Source: Felis catus (lineage: Eukaryota). Taken from it: a stretch of DNA of 64,000 bases. Below are positions 1 through 12,076 of this stretch, piece after piece. Each line of letters starts with the position of its first letter. Position 1 is the first letter of the stretch. The notes beneath the pieces are model-generated. The model saw only the letters and a list, made by a program, of their open reading frames with translations, searched no databases and had not been told where the DNA came from. Both the position numbers and the translations under genes were made by a program. Location of the stretch: NCBI RefSeq assembly GCF_018350175.1, contig NC_058373.1, forward strand, positions 106,084,001 through 106,148,000. Direction: 5' to 3'.

Positions 1-1811
1 GTTAAAGAAGGGAAACCTTAAGGCTAACAGTAAACCACACTCTCCCATGGCATTCCTCATCATCACCTCTGCAAAGATAAGATGCATTACTTGGCTATTA
101 ACGGTCGCTTACTTCTGCTGCTGGCAACAAACGGGAGATCTTGACCAGCTGTTCTTCAACTCAATTAAAAAGAGAGCAATAGGAGAAAAAAAATGGACTT
201 GATCATCAGCTTGAAAGATAGTTGTATGATACCTTCCAAGTGTTCAGCTCATAAGTATGTACAAGGTACCGTGCACATTGCTTTTTTACATGAATTACCA
301 TGTTTAGTCGTCACAGTAATAATCCAGTTGTTAATTCCATTTTGCAGATAGTAAGGCTGAGCTACAAGCCTCACACCTAATTAATGATAGTTGCCTGATT
401 CCATAGCCCACTATAGTCAAGGTCAGAAGTCTTAATTTTCTGACAGTGCAAACTTACGGAGAATAAGTTGCCAGAGAGCTTTGTAGAAGTTTCTTCTTTG
501 AAGGCCAGACAGTAATAGCTGGATCTAAATTCAACTAGCAACTTGCCTCAGTAAGAGAGAAAAGTGGGATAAGATGACCTCACGGAGTTCACTTTGCCAT
601 AGTTCTTTCTGCCCTTGAAAGGAGAGGCTACTTTTACAGGGAAAGTGTCCTAAGGAGTTTGAGTGTAGAAAACCTGGCTGTTGCAACTGGGACAAAAGAA
701 AACTGTGACGTCAGAGTAGAAGAAAGGTTTCTTGTGGTTATCAACTTATTTTTAAATGCCGTTCTAGAAAAGCAATCCCTCCTTGTGTGGGAGGAGCAAA
801 AGGAGGACACATTTTGTTTCCCACTGGAAGAATGATGTGAAACAGCTCATCTGTGTAAAATTGGCCTTGGCAGTGCTGCCAGGGCCAATGAGGCCTTAAG
901 GAATCTGCTGAGCAACTGCTGGTCATGAAGCAGTTGGCCTGAGAGCTGGGGTGTGTTTTGCACCCTGAAGCTTTCTTCATTCCAGCATGGCAAAACCATG
1001 TAAAGAAGGCTGTAACTTTCTCTTAACATGTCAGTTACTTCTTCCTCTTTCTCTTCTTCACTCCAGATCTTGTCTGGAGTATTTCAGGAGGAGGCCGCAG
1101 GCCTTGTATCCTTGAACTTCCCTGAGGCAGTTGGGACAGGGCCACCAATGGCGGCACACAAACATGAATCACTTATTGTCTCTTAATTGCATGTTCGGTC
1201 TTGTTTCTCATACCTATCCATAGCACTGCCAGGCATTGTTTGGACTCTTGAGGGATACTGAGGGTTAATATTACTGACCTGTGTTGCTGAACTTGTCTTT
1301 TGTCTTTTCTTAATCCTTCCTTATGACATAAGAAGACAGATTTTTCCTGCCCCTATCCCCCCAAAAAAGCATATTTTGCTGGTAGGACATGACCATAGGA
1401 GTAGTTTCCTCAATTTGATGGAATTAATGGATATTTTTCTGCTTCAAGTGAAAATTGTCATGTTGAATAAATGGAGCCCATTCCTCTTTCAAAGAGAGTG
1501 TGTTCCTTTCCCAACTTGGGTCTTTCTGGGGTGTTCTCAGTCCTTTCTTTTCCAAGTTTGATTTGCCGCCATTGGAAATGGTGCACAACACGTGTCCTCT
1601 ACCCAGAATGCTTCGTACCGTGCCCTCATTGTATCTTCAGCCAGGCTCTCCCATCTTCATCAACTCTCATTGCTCATCCTTGGGGCATAAATCCTCTTTT
1701 ACCCTGTGTCACTGAGTTCCTTGACTGCTTTGACTTTCTCCCGTTTGTTGCTGTGATTTCTGAACTGCATGTATCTGATTTGCCTTTTCCATGCCTCTGC
1801 CATGGCTGTAG

Positions 1812-1841
1812 GATTTCTTTGTGAACAGTAACTCCAAGCAG
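1812..1841 (+). CDS. DAAM1: DAAM1 30-nt microexon (DFFVNSNSKQ), phase 0/0, in the FH2 lasso-linker region
   Basis: ggctgtag|GAT TTC TTT GTG AAC AGT AAC TCC AAG CAG|gtaagt; perfect donor; peptide matches the DAAM1 segment I recall between ...YQRQQ and KEADAIDD... Confidence 0.93.
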
Positions 1842-2835
1842 GTAAGTGAGCAACTACCCAAACCTTGCTTAGTATAACTTCTTGGCTCACTGTAAGCTCA
1901 GAATGTCTTGGCCATCCTTTTTTTTTTTTTTTTTTTTTTTTCTTCCAGATAGTGTAATGCAATGCTTAGGTAATTCCACACTGGGTTTCAACTCTTAACT
2001 GATAATTAGCGATGTGCTTGAAATCTCAGTATGACAGGAGACCGTTGAAGTTTGATCACCCAGTGCCTCTTACTATAAGCTCCATATTGTCTTTGTTTTT
2101 TCCCAAACTGTTAGTTCCAGAACTCTTTGCTTTCCTTACATATTTAAAATGCCATGATCCATGTTTAAAATTGATCCTGACCTCTAATAAAATCAAACTT
2201 GCTATTTATGAAGTTAGTCTGTATTTTCACCTTGATGCCCAGTTTACTCAAACAGTATTTTATATAGAATTTTTTTGTGCCTCTTCCACCATAAATTATG
2301 ACTGGCCATCATTGCTTACAGCTTTTTGTACAGCGGCAGAGTATGGAAGTAGTGTTTTGTTGCTAATTCAAGTAATTGAACTAATGCCTTGAATTGCCCC
2401 CTCTCTGTTATCCATCAGGCTCCAGGGTAATGAAAGGTACCATCTGGGCTTGGGACCTTTCTGTTGCACATGAGGATGTTTGGGAGGATTTATTGTTTGG
2501 CTTTTTGAGTGCTCACGATGCAAATGGCTCCGGAGTGAATGGGCCCTGCAAATGGCCAGACTAGCAATGGCAAGCCTCAGCCGAGCTTGATTCATAGTGA
2601 CAGTTCTTCTGTCTGCTATCCATAGGGATTTGGGGGGACAAAAGGAGGGCACCACTCACTGATAATTTATGCACGCTTAGCATCTTCAACTTAGATGCAC
2701 TTTGTTCTTCCAAAAATGCTTTTTCAAATGTGGGTGGTCAGCGTTTCTTATTATTTCCCTTTGTCAACTAGATTTTAGCCCTTCGTTTCAATTCTGCCAC
2801 CTCCTTATACTCCCTCCCTCACCATCTCAGCTTTG

Positions 2836-2838
<3 letters not shown>

Positions 2839-2880
<42 letters not shown>
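2839..2880 (+). repeat. (GT)21 microsatellite
   Basis: Direct read. Confidence 0.97.
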
Positions 2881-2883
<3 letters not shown>

Positions 2884-2966
2884 CAGAAAATATAAAGGAA
2901 AAGTGTGTGTCTGAAGTCAGAATGTCCCTGTTTGACTTTGATGGATTTCTTTCATGCTCTTTATAG

Positions 2967-3073
2967 AAAGAAGCAGATGCCATCGATGACACTCTGAGTT
3001 CCAAACTTAAAGTCAAAGAACTTTCGGTGATTGATGGTCGGAGAGCTCAGAATTGCAACATCCTTCTATCGAG
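2967..3073 (+). CDS. DAAM1: DAAM1 exon, FH2 ([36 protein letters not shown])
   Basis: ctttatag|AAAGAAGCAGAT...CTATCGAG|gtattg; 107 nt, phase 0 to 2; contains the FH2 'RAQNCNILL' motif. Confidence 0.97.
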
Positions 3074-3404
3074 GTATTGTTGAAGTTGAATAAACATTTT
3101 TGGTAGGACCAACTTTTCTCTCTGGTGGCTCCAAACCATGTGTTTGTGCTTGTTCTTATAATCGGACTCTGCCGAGATTCAGTTCTTTGGATTCTCTTCC
3201 GTCTGAGGTGAGGAGAATTCGTGGTGCTTACTTTCCCTGAGCAGAATGTATCAGAGCTGGATGCCTACTTTCTTAGTTTAATTTCCACAGACTTCTAAAG
3301 AGTGGAACGTCCCAAATCAATGTTTTCTTTTGTTTTGTTTTCCCAGAGAGCCTGTAAAATGGATTTTACCTTTATGTATATTTCCTGGCTTTAGAGGCAT
3401 TTTG

Positions 3405-3592
3405 TGGGTTTTTTTTTTTTTTTGTTATTTATTTATTTATTTATTATTTTTTTTATTATATGAAATTTATTGTCAAATTAGTTTCCATACAACACCCAGT
3501 GCTCACCCCAAAAGATGCCCTCTTCAATGCCCATCACCTACCCTACCCTCCCTCCCACCCCCCATCAACTCTCAGTTTGCTTTCAGTTTTTA
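3405..3592 (-). mobile_element. 5'-truncated carnivore/felid L1 3' end with poly(A) tail
   Basis: T/TTTA tail then ...atgaaatttattgtcaaattagtttccatacaacacccagtgctc...; TSD agaggcattttg (3393-3404) / agaggtattttg (3593-3604). Confidence 0.85.
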
Positions 3593-6500
3593 AGAGGTAT
3601 TTTGATTAAGTAACATTGCCACAGAATCAGCAGCAACCATGAAAGCTCTTTGTTTTATTTTGCTTTTCGAAGTCACCTTTTTATACTTAGAGTTTATGTG
3701 ATTTCATGCTCTTTTTGAGACATTTTTATGACTAAACAGATATGTAAATCTCAAGCCCCAGTGAAATGCTAATTTACCCATTTCAGCCCTGTTCAGAAAT
3801 CTTTCTCATAATTAGTGAACCATCACGGCCTCGGCCTCGGAACTTGAAAAGAAGAAAGGAAATTTGGGAGGCTGAAATCTGCTCATAGCTTCAGGCACTG
3901 TGTCTGTCATCCCGGGCATTTCAAGTAGCTTTTCTGTATCTAATTTCTTCTTTTCTCTAAAAGGAACTTTTATGTCACGCAAAGATACCTAATGCTTTTG
4001 AGGTGAACGAAGATCTAAAGAACCCTGGGTTGGGGGGCATTAAGTATAAGTCCCATTGGTCACGTTCTGGAAAGAATGTCGTGTATGTGTTAAAGCTGGC
4101 GTGAGGTGGCTGCTCTTTCAGGGAGCGCAGGGAGGGAGAGTAGCAGTCTTTATTTTTCAGATGATCTCACAGTGAGTTTCTTTTAACACAAAGTGCTGCT
4201 GCTTGGTTTACAGCACGGAGCTTGATTATTAGCCAGATATATATTACTTTAGGGAGCAAATGTTTCTTTTGGTAAAAGAGAAACTGAAGCTTAGTGAGAT
4301 CCCTGAATTTTAATACAACTAGGAAGGTAACATGAACCCTCCTGTTAGCATTTCATTTCTGCCTCTGGCTGGAAGCTATGTAAATGTCCAGGCCCTGTAC
4401 TTAGCCCCCCTTTTTCTCCCTGAACACATGCTGATGAAGATACCAACGAAATAATCTGAAGGTCTACTTATTTCTCTTCTACAGTATCTATAATCTGTTT
4501 TGTTACAACTTCTTTTTATAAATAACCTTCTTAATAGTGAAGTTAAATGAAAATTTGGGGAAAGGTTTTTTTTGTTTGTTTTTTTCCTAAAGCCTGGAAC
4601 TTCTGCCTGTATCTTGCGCTTTTGCAGTCTGGAGGAACACTTTTTAAACAACTTGACAAAGGGAGCTATCACTGAATTCCTATAGTATTTAAGTGCTCGT
4701 AGGAGCAAAATCTGTGACCTAGTTCCTCACAGACAGATTATTCTCAGTACGAGATGTCATTGAGGGTCATAACACTAACACTAGCTATAGATTCGGTTCC
4801 AGTTCTTTCTGGCAAACTTCCCATCCCATTATTGAAGGAATTATTTTGTATTTGTGGTATATAATTCCCTTGTTACCTTAAAAGTGTCAGAGCCTAAGGT
4901 GACTTAGAACTTGAGCGTATCTAAACTCTCTCTGGAAGATAATTTTAAGAAATTGCCTTGTATCTGTTAAATTATCTATTAAAATCCAATTTAATGAATA
5001 AGTGTCATTATAACGAGCATAATTAAAAAGCATATTATACGTAACAAGGTAATTTTGAGTCCCAGTTGACCTTATGGTAATTAGACGTTATGGATCAGGT
5101 TCTAAAACGTTCTTTCCCACAGAGGATTCAGCCCCACATGCTTTTCTTTTCCGTGATCAATAGTTTTACTCTTGCCAGGAAAGTAGAGGACCGACCTGTA
5201 ATGTGCTGTGTGGCAAAGGTAACAGAAATAAAGCAGATTGAGTTCTAATTTGGGTTGTATCTAGCTGTTTAACCAGTCAGTAGTTCACCTTGTTTTCATT
5301 CTCCCGTTTTCGCTGGCAACGCCTTACCACACGTGAAAGGAGCTAGGGGCGGAAAGGAAGGAAGAGATCTTAGAGTTACCACTTTGGAGCACTGACTTGC
5401 CTGGCACTACGTGGGGTGCCATAGAACGCACCACGACTTTAGGTAGCACTGCTGCCTTTGAAAGCTCGTGGCTATTTGGAGAAGAAAAACAACACCAGCA
5501 AGATGACTTGTGAACAGCTCAGGCCCGGACTGATCCAACCGGAAGGAGCCAGGAGCTGAGCCGAGTGAGGACACCGACGGGGCTCAGAAGAGAAAGTGGG
5601 TCTCAAAGGGTGATAGCAATTACATGGCATGGGGTCGAGAGGCCGTTCCAAGGAGGCGCACAGCAGAAGCCAAGGCACCGGGGGTGGAGGGGTGGGGGAG
5701 GTGCAGGGGGTCGATGCACAACTAATACAGAGAGCCCTGCAATTGTAGCAGTCATCAGTCATAACAAATGGGACTGGGCAAGACAGCCTGTGATCCATGC
5801 CGCGTGCCTTCGTTAAGGGTACCAATCAGCCCAAGCTCCAGCCGCACGCTCCTCGTCTATAAAATGGAGATCGTGAAAGCAGTGGCCTTGCAGTGGTCCC
5901 TCTCGATGTGAGAGAGCTAGACCCAGCGCATGTGCAGTAGCAGCAGAGAACCTGCATGGAGTAGTTGCTTGTTTAGTGGCCTGTTAACGTGCCTGTGGGA
6001 TCGGGAATTGGTGCAAACTGTTCAGGACGACACTTTGTTTTAAGAAGGTTTGAAGTTTGCTCTCTGCGGTTTGCAGGACAGGTTGGAAAGGGTGGCGGCC
6101 TGGAGGCCACAGCCGCCACTAGATGGGTTCTCCCTATGGCCAGGTGCGACCCCGCGAGAGAATTGAGAGACCGCGCTCAGCAGTACTTGGAGATGGTTTT
6201 GTGCACGTGGACGATGAACAGGAATGTTTCCAAGTTGATGTCAAGATTTCCTGCCTTTCCACACTTACTTTCTCCTTTTCTGCTGATTTCGTTCCCCAAG
6301 ACTGGTGACCCTCTCCATTTCTTACCTTGCTGACAAGAAGTTTAATCCCCAGCAACACAGTCATCACACCAGATTCCACCATGAGATAAGCCTGTGACGT
6401 ATTCCGTGGGGGATGTTTCATAAGCACATATGTCCGCAGCGCTTGGTTATCCTTAAACGCTCTTCCTTACTCCCACACCGCAGAAGTTAGCGGACCCTTT

Positions 6501-8313
6501 GGTCAGGCACCTGCCACAGCCCTGCCTGGAGTGAAGTCAGTCGGGAGGAAGGCCCTCCCTGCCCCACAGGCTGAACAGGGAAGGGAAGTGAGGGCCCTTC
6601 ACACCGGGCTTGCAGCCTCAGTGGCCAGGGTCACTTGCAGCTCCCAGAGGGGAGGCTGCCTGGAAGGTGTGAGTTTGAAGCAGAAGCTCCAGGCCACGAG
6701 GGACCCTGCCTTCCCAGACTGGAGACGAGAGTGGCGGAACGGACAGGACATTCCTTAAACTAAGAACGCTCACTTCAGGCCTGGGCAGGGTGAGCAACAG
6801 CCTACTGGGTATCTATAGGTGACTTGTGGCAATTTAAAATTCGCCCTGCTTTATTCCCTGAAACAGACTTCTCCCTTCCGAAATAAAGAAAGAAACTTGG
6901 AGGCTGGTTTATATTGCCAAATGAACCCACCTAAAATACACTTTTATGAAGTGTTCTGCCGTTCTTTTTTTTCCAGATGCTCACTTAACATGGCAGCCCG
7001 GGGTGTAGTAAAGCACAAAAAGCTACTTTAAAGTAGGGGGATTTGGCTTAAATCCACTGAAGCAGAGCTAAGGCTGATCTCGCCATCCATCCCTAACTTA
7101 TTTTAATTACGCCTGGATGTTCCAATTCTCTTGGCAAATTTTTGAAATACTTGAGTGCAGCAAGGTAGACTTAAATACTGTTTTAAAATGGCCGATTTGT
7201 TTCCTGCCTTGTAAAGAAAGTTGAAGTGGATGTCTCAAACGTTGCCACCCTCCAGCACACCAGAACACTGCCAAGCTTTAAAAGCAATTAAAACGTTAGG
7301 ATTGGTAGGGTCCTTAAATTACAGAGATTAGCGACTCATTCTGTGGATGACAGATGATACTAAGAACTGGGGCAACCTACAGAACCATCCCAGAGGGCGA
7401 AGTACCCTTCTCCCCTTTCCCCAAGGGTACAGTTTCTTTGTCTGCTCCAACAGGCCACGTGCAAGGCAGTATGTTGACAGGTAGATTTTCTTAAGTACTA
7501 TCCATTAAAGTCTCAAGTCTCTTTGTGGGACACATAAAGAGAAACCAAAATTGTTATGAATTAGAGCTAGTGTTTAGTCCAGACAGCCTCTGGGGGTTGA
7601 GAAGCATAAATATATACAATTTCAAAAGCAAGGAGTTCTGCACTCCATATGGGGAGCTAATGAAATGCAAATCTGATACTTCAAGTATTGTTCTCACTCT
7701 GATTTTCAACTCCTTTTCTTTTAAATGTAAAACAGAAGGACTCAGCAGAACCACACCATAAAGTAGTTTCTTCAGCTCAGTGTGAAAAGGACACAGAACT
7801 AATTTATTTTTTTCTTATAAGTGGAGCTTTTCTCATGATGCCTATAGATGTTTCCACGGCCGGTTGGTTTTCATTAGTGGCAGTTTCAACCTTCCTTAGC
7901 ATTCCTCTTCCTTGGCCTTGCATGGCCGGACTGTGGTGTTCGCTCTTAACTGACTCATGAGCCTTTAGTGTTCTGGAACTGAGGGCTACCCAGAGCCTGT
8001 ACGGTGATGCCAGCATTCTGGTTTTTACCCTATCACGTGTTTTACCCATGCCAACTTAGCTAGATTGTTCCAGTTAAAGTTTGAGGGTTTTCCATCACGA
8101 TGTCCTGGTGAAAATGTTTGTGGGGCAATGATTGTCCCAAGAATGACTAAAACAATCTAAAGAAGTCTGCCCAGGTCTAGGGAATTATGATGGCACCCTA
8201 CCTCAGACTAGGCGATAGAATGGATCTCATTTTAGAACATGGGCAATTTTCTCCTGTTGCCTACATGCTATATTTGGATTTGAAAACATGAGATGAAAGA
8301 GAATGGTACTACT

Positions 8314-8478
8314 GGGGCACCTGAGTGGCTCAGTCGTTTAAGCTTCTGACTTCAGCTCAGGTCATTATCTCATAGTTTGTGAGTTTGAGCCCCACATTGG
8401 GTGCTACCAGCAGAGAGCCTTCTTCGATCCTCTATCCCTCTTTCTCTGCCCCTCCCCCCCCCCAAAAAAAACAAAACA
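8314..8478 (+). mobile_element. Can-SINE (diverged)
   Basis: ggggcacctgagtggctcagtc...gagtttgagcccc... CT-rich part and A tail. Confidence 0.88.
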
Positions 8479-8987
8479 CAGTACTAGTACAATAGGATTG
8501 ACAAATTTGTTCCTTCCCTTTCCTACTTACCGGCACACGAAACAATATTCAGCATAAAGAGCAGGATAGATGGTTTTAATGAGATCATGTCAAAATCTAG
8601 AGAAAAGGACAAGCCAAGTTGTCCAAAGTGGGGTATGTGTTGTCCAGCTCTACCCCCAGGGTTCTTTCCTCCTTCTGTGGCCTTTGTGTCCCGCCCCCTT
8701 CCCCACACTCATGCTGCCCCCTCGTTTATCTGTGAGAGCGGCAGTAGTCATGTGTGCTTTCATACCCATGTGTCTTGAGTGTTTCACTTACCATTTGATT
8801 CTCCCAAATGTTACAGCCACCTTTAAAACAAGAACCCTATCTTCTAATTCTTGTTTAACATTTCCGGGCCTAATGGATGTTGTATACAGAGAGGAAACTC
8901 CAGTGAAATAATGGCTCTGGGAATGCTTGGGGAAATGTTCGTAATAACCCTACTAAGCGCTGTGTGAGAATGTTTAGGTTACAGAAG

Positions 8988-9035
8988 TACTGCTGCTTTT
9001 TTGTCCCCAGTTACTGCTGCTTTTTTGTCCCCAGT
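8988..9035 (+). repeat. Perfect 24-bp tandem duplication (tactgctgcttttttgtccccagt)x2
   Basis: Direct read: 8988-9011 and 9012-9035. Confidence 0.95.
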
Positions 9036-9149
9036 GTAGAAAAGTCTGTTGGGAAGTGAGACACCTAGTTTATGAGCTTTATCTGTGGACAGGCAGTGCG
9101 TAGTGCTTTACATGCATTATTTCACTCCATAGATGAGAAAACTTAAGGC

Positions 9150-9186
9150 TTTTTTTTTTTTCTGAGTTATTTAATTATTTATTTAT

Positions 9187-9241
<55 letters not shown>

Positions 9242-9400
9242 GGGCATGAGTAGTGGAGGGGCAAAGAGACAGAATCCCAAGCAGGCTCTGCACTGTCAGT
9301 GCAGAGCCCGATGCAGGACTCGAACCCACGAACCGTGAGATCATGACCTGAGCCAAAACCAAGAGTAGGACACTTAACCAACTGAGCCACCCAGGCACCC
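9150..9400 (-). mobile_element. Can-SINE inserted into a MIR remnant (~9095-9500)
   Basis: T tail, (GA)n, ...gagccacccaggcaccc; TSD tgagaaaact(t)aaggc at 9134-9149 / 9401-9415; flanks read as MIR (gatgagaaaact...cccaaggtcacac). Confidence 0.92.
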
Positions 9401-9984
9401 TGAGAAAACTAAGGCTTAAGGAGAACTTGACCCAAGGTCACACTGGCCAGGAAGCGTCACACAGGACTGAGGCCCAGTCTGATGCCAAAGCTCCCGCCTT
9501 CAAATATTCCGTGTGAAGGCTTCATGTCTTGCTCTGTATTTGTGTGTTTATGTCTTCATCTCCAGGCCAAAATGTGATTTTTCTTGAAGATCATAGACTA
9601 GAGGAACAGACAAATAACGTTAATATGCCACTTTAATAGTAGCTTAATAAAGAAGTAAGATATTTTTAAGTAAGTCTGGATCTAATGCTTAGAAATAGAA
9701 CAAAAGAATGACTCTATTTTTCTAGCTAATAATCTGATTAAGATCCCCCCCCCCCAGTTTAGACTATTGGTTGTGTCTAATAAAAACACATTTTTACAAG
9801 TACATTTTAACTTCATGACTTTCTTCATAGTCAACACTTGTTGTCCTGACATAATCAAGCCATAAGTCCTTAAATTAGTTAATCATGTAAATTTATGGTG
9901 AACAGAAAACATATTTGTGGTTTTGCTTAAATTCTTCCCTATTAGATACTAACTAGATAAACAGATTTGTAAAAGGAATTTGGG

Positions 9985-10175
9985 ATTGGGAATCAGGAGT
10001 TTCAAGTTTGTGTTAGGTACTGCCACTTTCCATATGTTTGACCTTGGGCAAATCAGCCATTCCAAGCCTCAGTTTGTCCCTCTGTTTAAAAAAAAAAAAA
10101 AAAAAATCATAGTTATTTTAAACCTCCAATGAAATATTATATGTGAAAACTCCTCAACCATGAAGTGCCTTACAC
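9985..10175 (+). mobile_element. MIR remnant
   Basis: gaccttgggcaaatcagccattccaagcctcagtttgtccctctgt resembles the MIR core. Confidence 0.65.
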
Positions 10176-10651
10176 ATTCTGTTCCATGTATTAACTATTC
10201 AACTTTTTGACAGTAACAGATTCCAACCTTTTTTAAATCCATTTTTAATCTGAAAGCAGACTTTGAACATTCCTGATGAATAGTCAAGAATTCAGTTTTC
10301 CTCTTCCGTCTAGAATTCATGGATGCTGTATATTAAAGAGATAAGTTGGATCTAGGTGTTTTCCCTATTTCTCATCCTCCGATCCCTTACATAAGGAAAC
10401 TAAACAATAGAACATAACAGCTCTGTTCTCTTTGTCAGCAGAGCATTACAAAGTCCTGAAAGAATGTTAAAGCAGTTTCAAAATACTATTTTTAGGTGCA
10501 GTATTGTCAGGAAATAAGCTTTCACTAAGAGATTTTGAGAAGAACGGTTCTTGAAAGTCAGCAGCTGGAGTAGCAAAATGAATGATCTTGCATTAAATTT
10601 TAATACCCGTGCCAATATTGTTAACAACAAAATAAAATACTCTTTCTCCAG

Positions 10652-10736
10652 GTTGAAATTGTCCAATGATGAAATCAAACGGGCAATTCTAACAATGGAC
10701 GAGCAGGAAGACCTGCCCAAGGACATGTTGGAACAG
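10652..10736 (+). CDS. DAAM1: DAAM1 exon, FH2 ([28 protein letters not shown])
   Basis: tttctccag|GTTGAAATTG...GAACAG|gtgagc; 85 nt, phase 2 to 0. Confidence 0.97.
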
Positions 10737-11871
10737 GTGAGCTGCCAGACATATTTTAGAGCGTAAGCGACGACTGGCTTTCAGCAGGGAGTGGGATACT
10801 GAGAAAATCTGGTTGCTGCTGGTGGACAGTTTCCTCATCTCTGAACCAACGTTGAATGTGGCTCTCTTAGGAGATTTTATTCTCCCATTGCCCCTCAAAA
10901 TGATGGGTGAGAAGGAAGGTCACGAGTTTGTCAAATGCCTGAGACCCACAATGCCAGATTCTGTCCCTCATGCTGCAAGTAAGGTATTATGCCTTCAGAG
11001 GTCATGCAAATCTACTAGCTTTTGGGAAGTGTTTGACAGGAGTATGGAGAATCTCACTCGCATTATGAGGTCACGGACTGCTACGTAAACTGATTCATTA
11101 TGGAATCCTTAATACAGTTTGTGTCTTGGCCTTGACTCGCCATTCCTACACCACAGGAGCTACCGTTACACCCCCAGCTCTGTCACCTGCATCGAAATCA
11201 GTAGTGTTAGCCGTGGCCGGGCAAGCTGAATGTGGCGACTTCACGCTTTCCGTGCAGCCTTTCTATAACATGCTCTGCAGCCATTCCAACTCGGTTACGT
11301 GTTTCTCTGCAGCTTTCTTCAGTTGTTACCCAAGTGACAATGTTGTGGAACTAGCACATGCTTCCGGGGTTATTACCTGCTTCTTGGTCTGGACCTAAAT
11401 TTTTCTGTGCTTTGTGGAGATAGCCTCCATGCTCTGAGAATGTTCTGTCTGCTTGTCTCATTGTCCGTAGGACATAATCCTATTTTGAGTGATTTCGGTC
11501 AAGAGGTCCACGTCCCTTAGTGCCAGGTCCTCCAAAGGTTAACTGTGGATGCCGGTGATGGTGATGCCAGGCTGGACTGGGTGTCTCATCCGTAGGCAGA
11601 CTCGGCTCCCAGAAGCAGAGGAAAAGTCTGTTTGCCGTTACTAACAGTGATCCTGGGTGGCATGGCCGCTCCGGGTGGAGTGCCTGTCTGCTTGTGCATT
11701 TTCTGTCGTGTTCTCACTGGTGTCCTAAAAGGCCTCAGACGCAGAGCAGGGAGTGATGGCTGAAGGGTCGCCACACCTCCGTGCACCAGCCCCACCTGAA
11801 ACCTGCAACTGGAATTGTCCTGGGGAAGGCCTCACACTTGGCAGTGGAATAACTTTTCGTGCTGTCCTTTG

Positions 11872-12076
11872 TAATTTTTTTTTTTTTTGACATTTATTTC
11901 TTTTTGAGAGACAGAGCGTGAGCGGGGGAGGGGCAGAGAGAGAGGGAGACACAGAATCCGAAGCAGGCTCTAGGCTGTCAGCACAGAGCTTGATGCGGAG
12001 CTTGAACCCACGGACCATGAGATCATGACCTGAGCTAAAGTCGGACGCTTAACTGACTGAGCCACCCAGGTGCCCC
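11872..12076 (-). mobile_element. Can-SINE (SINEC_Fc-like)
   Basis: T tail...gagggagacacagaatccgaagcaggctc...gccacccaggtgcccc; TSD tgctgtccttt at 11860-11870 / 12079-12089. Confidence 0.93.

Noticed and set aside
706..713. Perfect CRE palindrome TGACGTCA, and scattered AP-1 sites (e.g. 7951, 21199, 22165)
   Set aside because: Single short motifs are expected by chance in 64 kb; no supporting context
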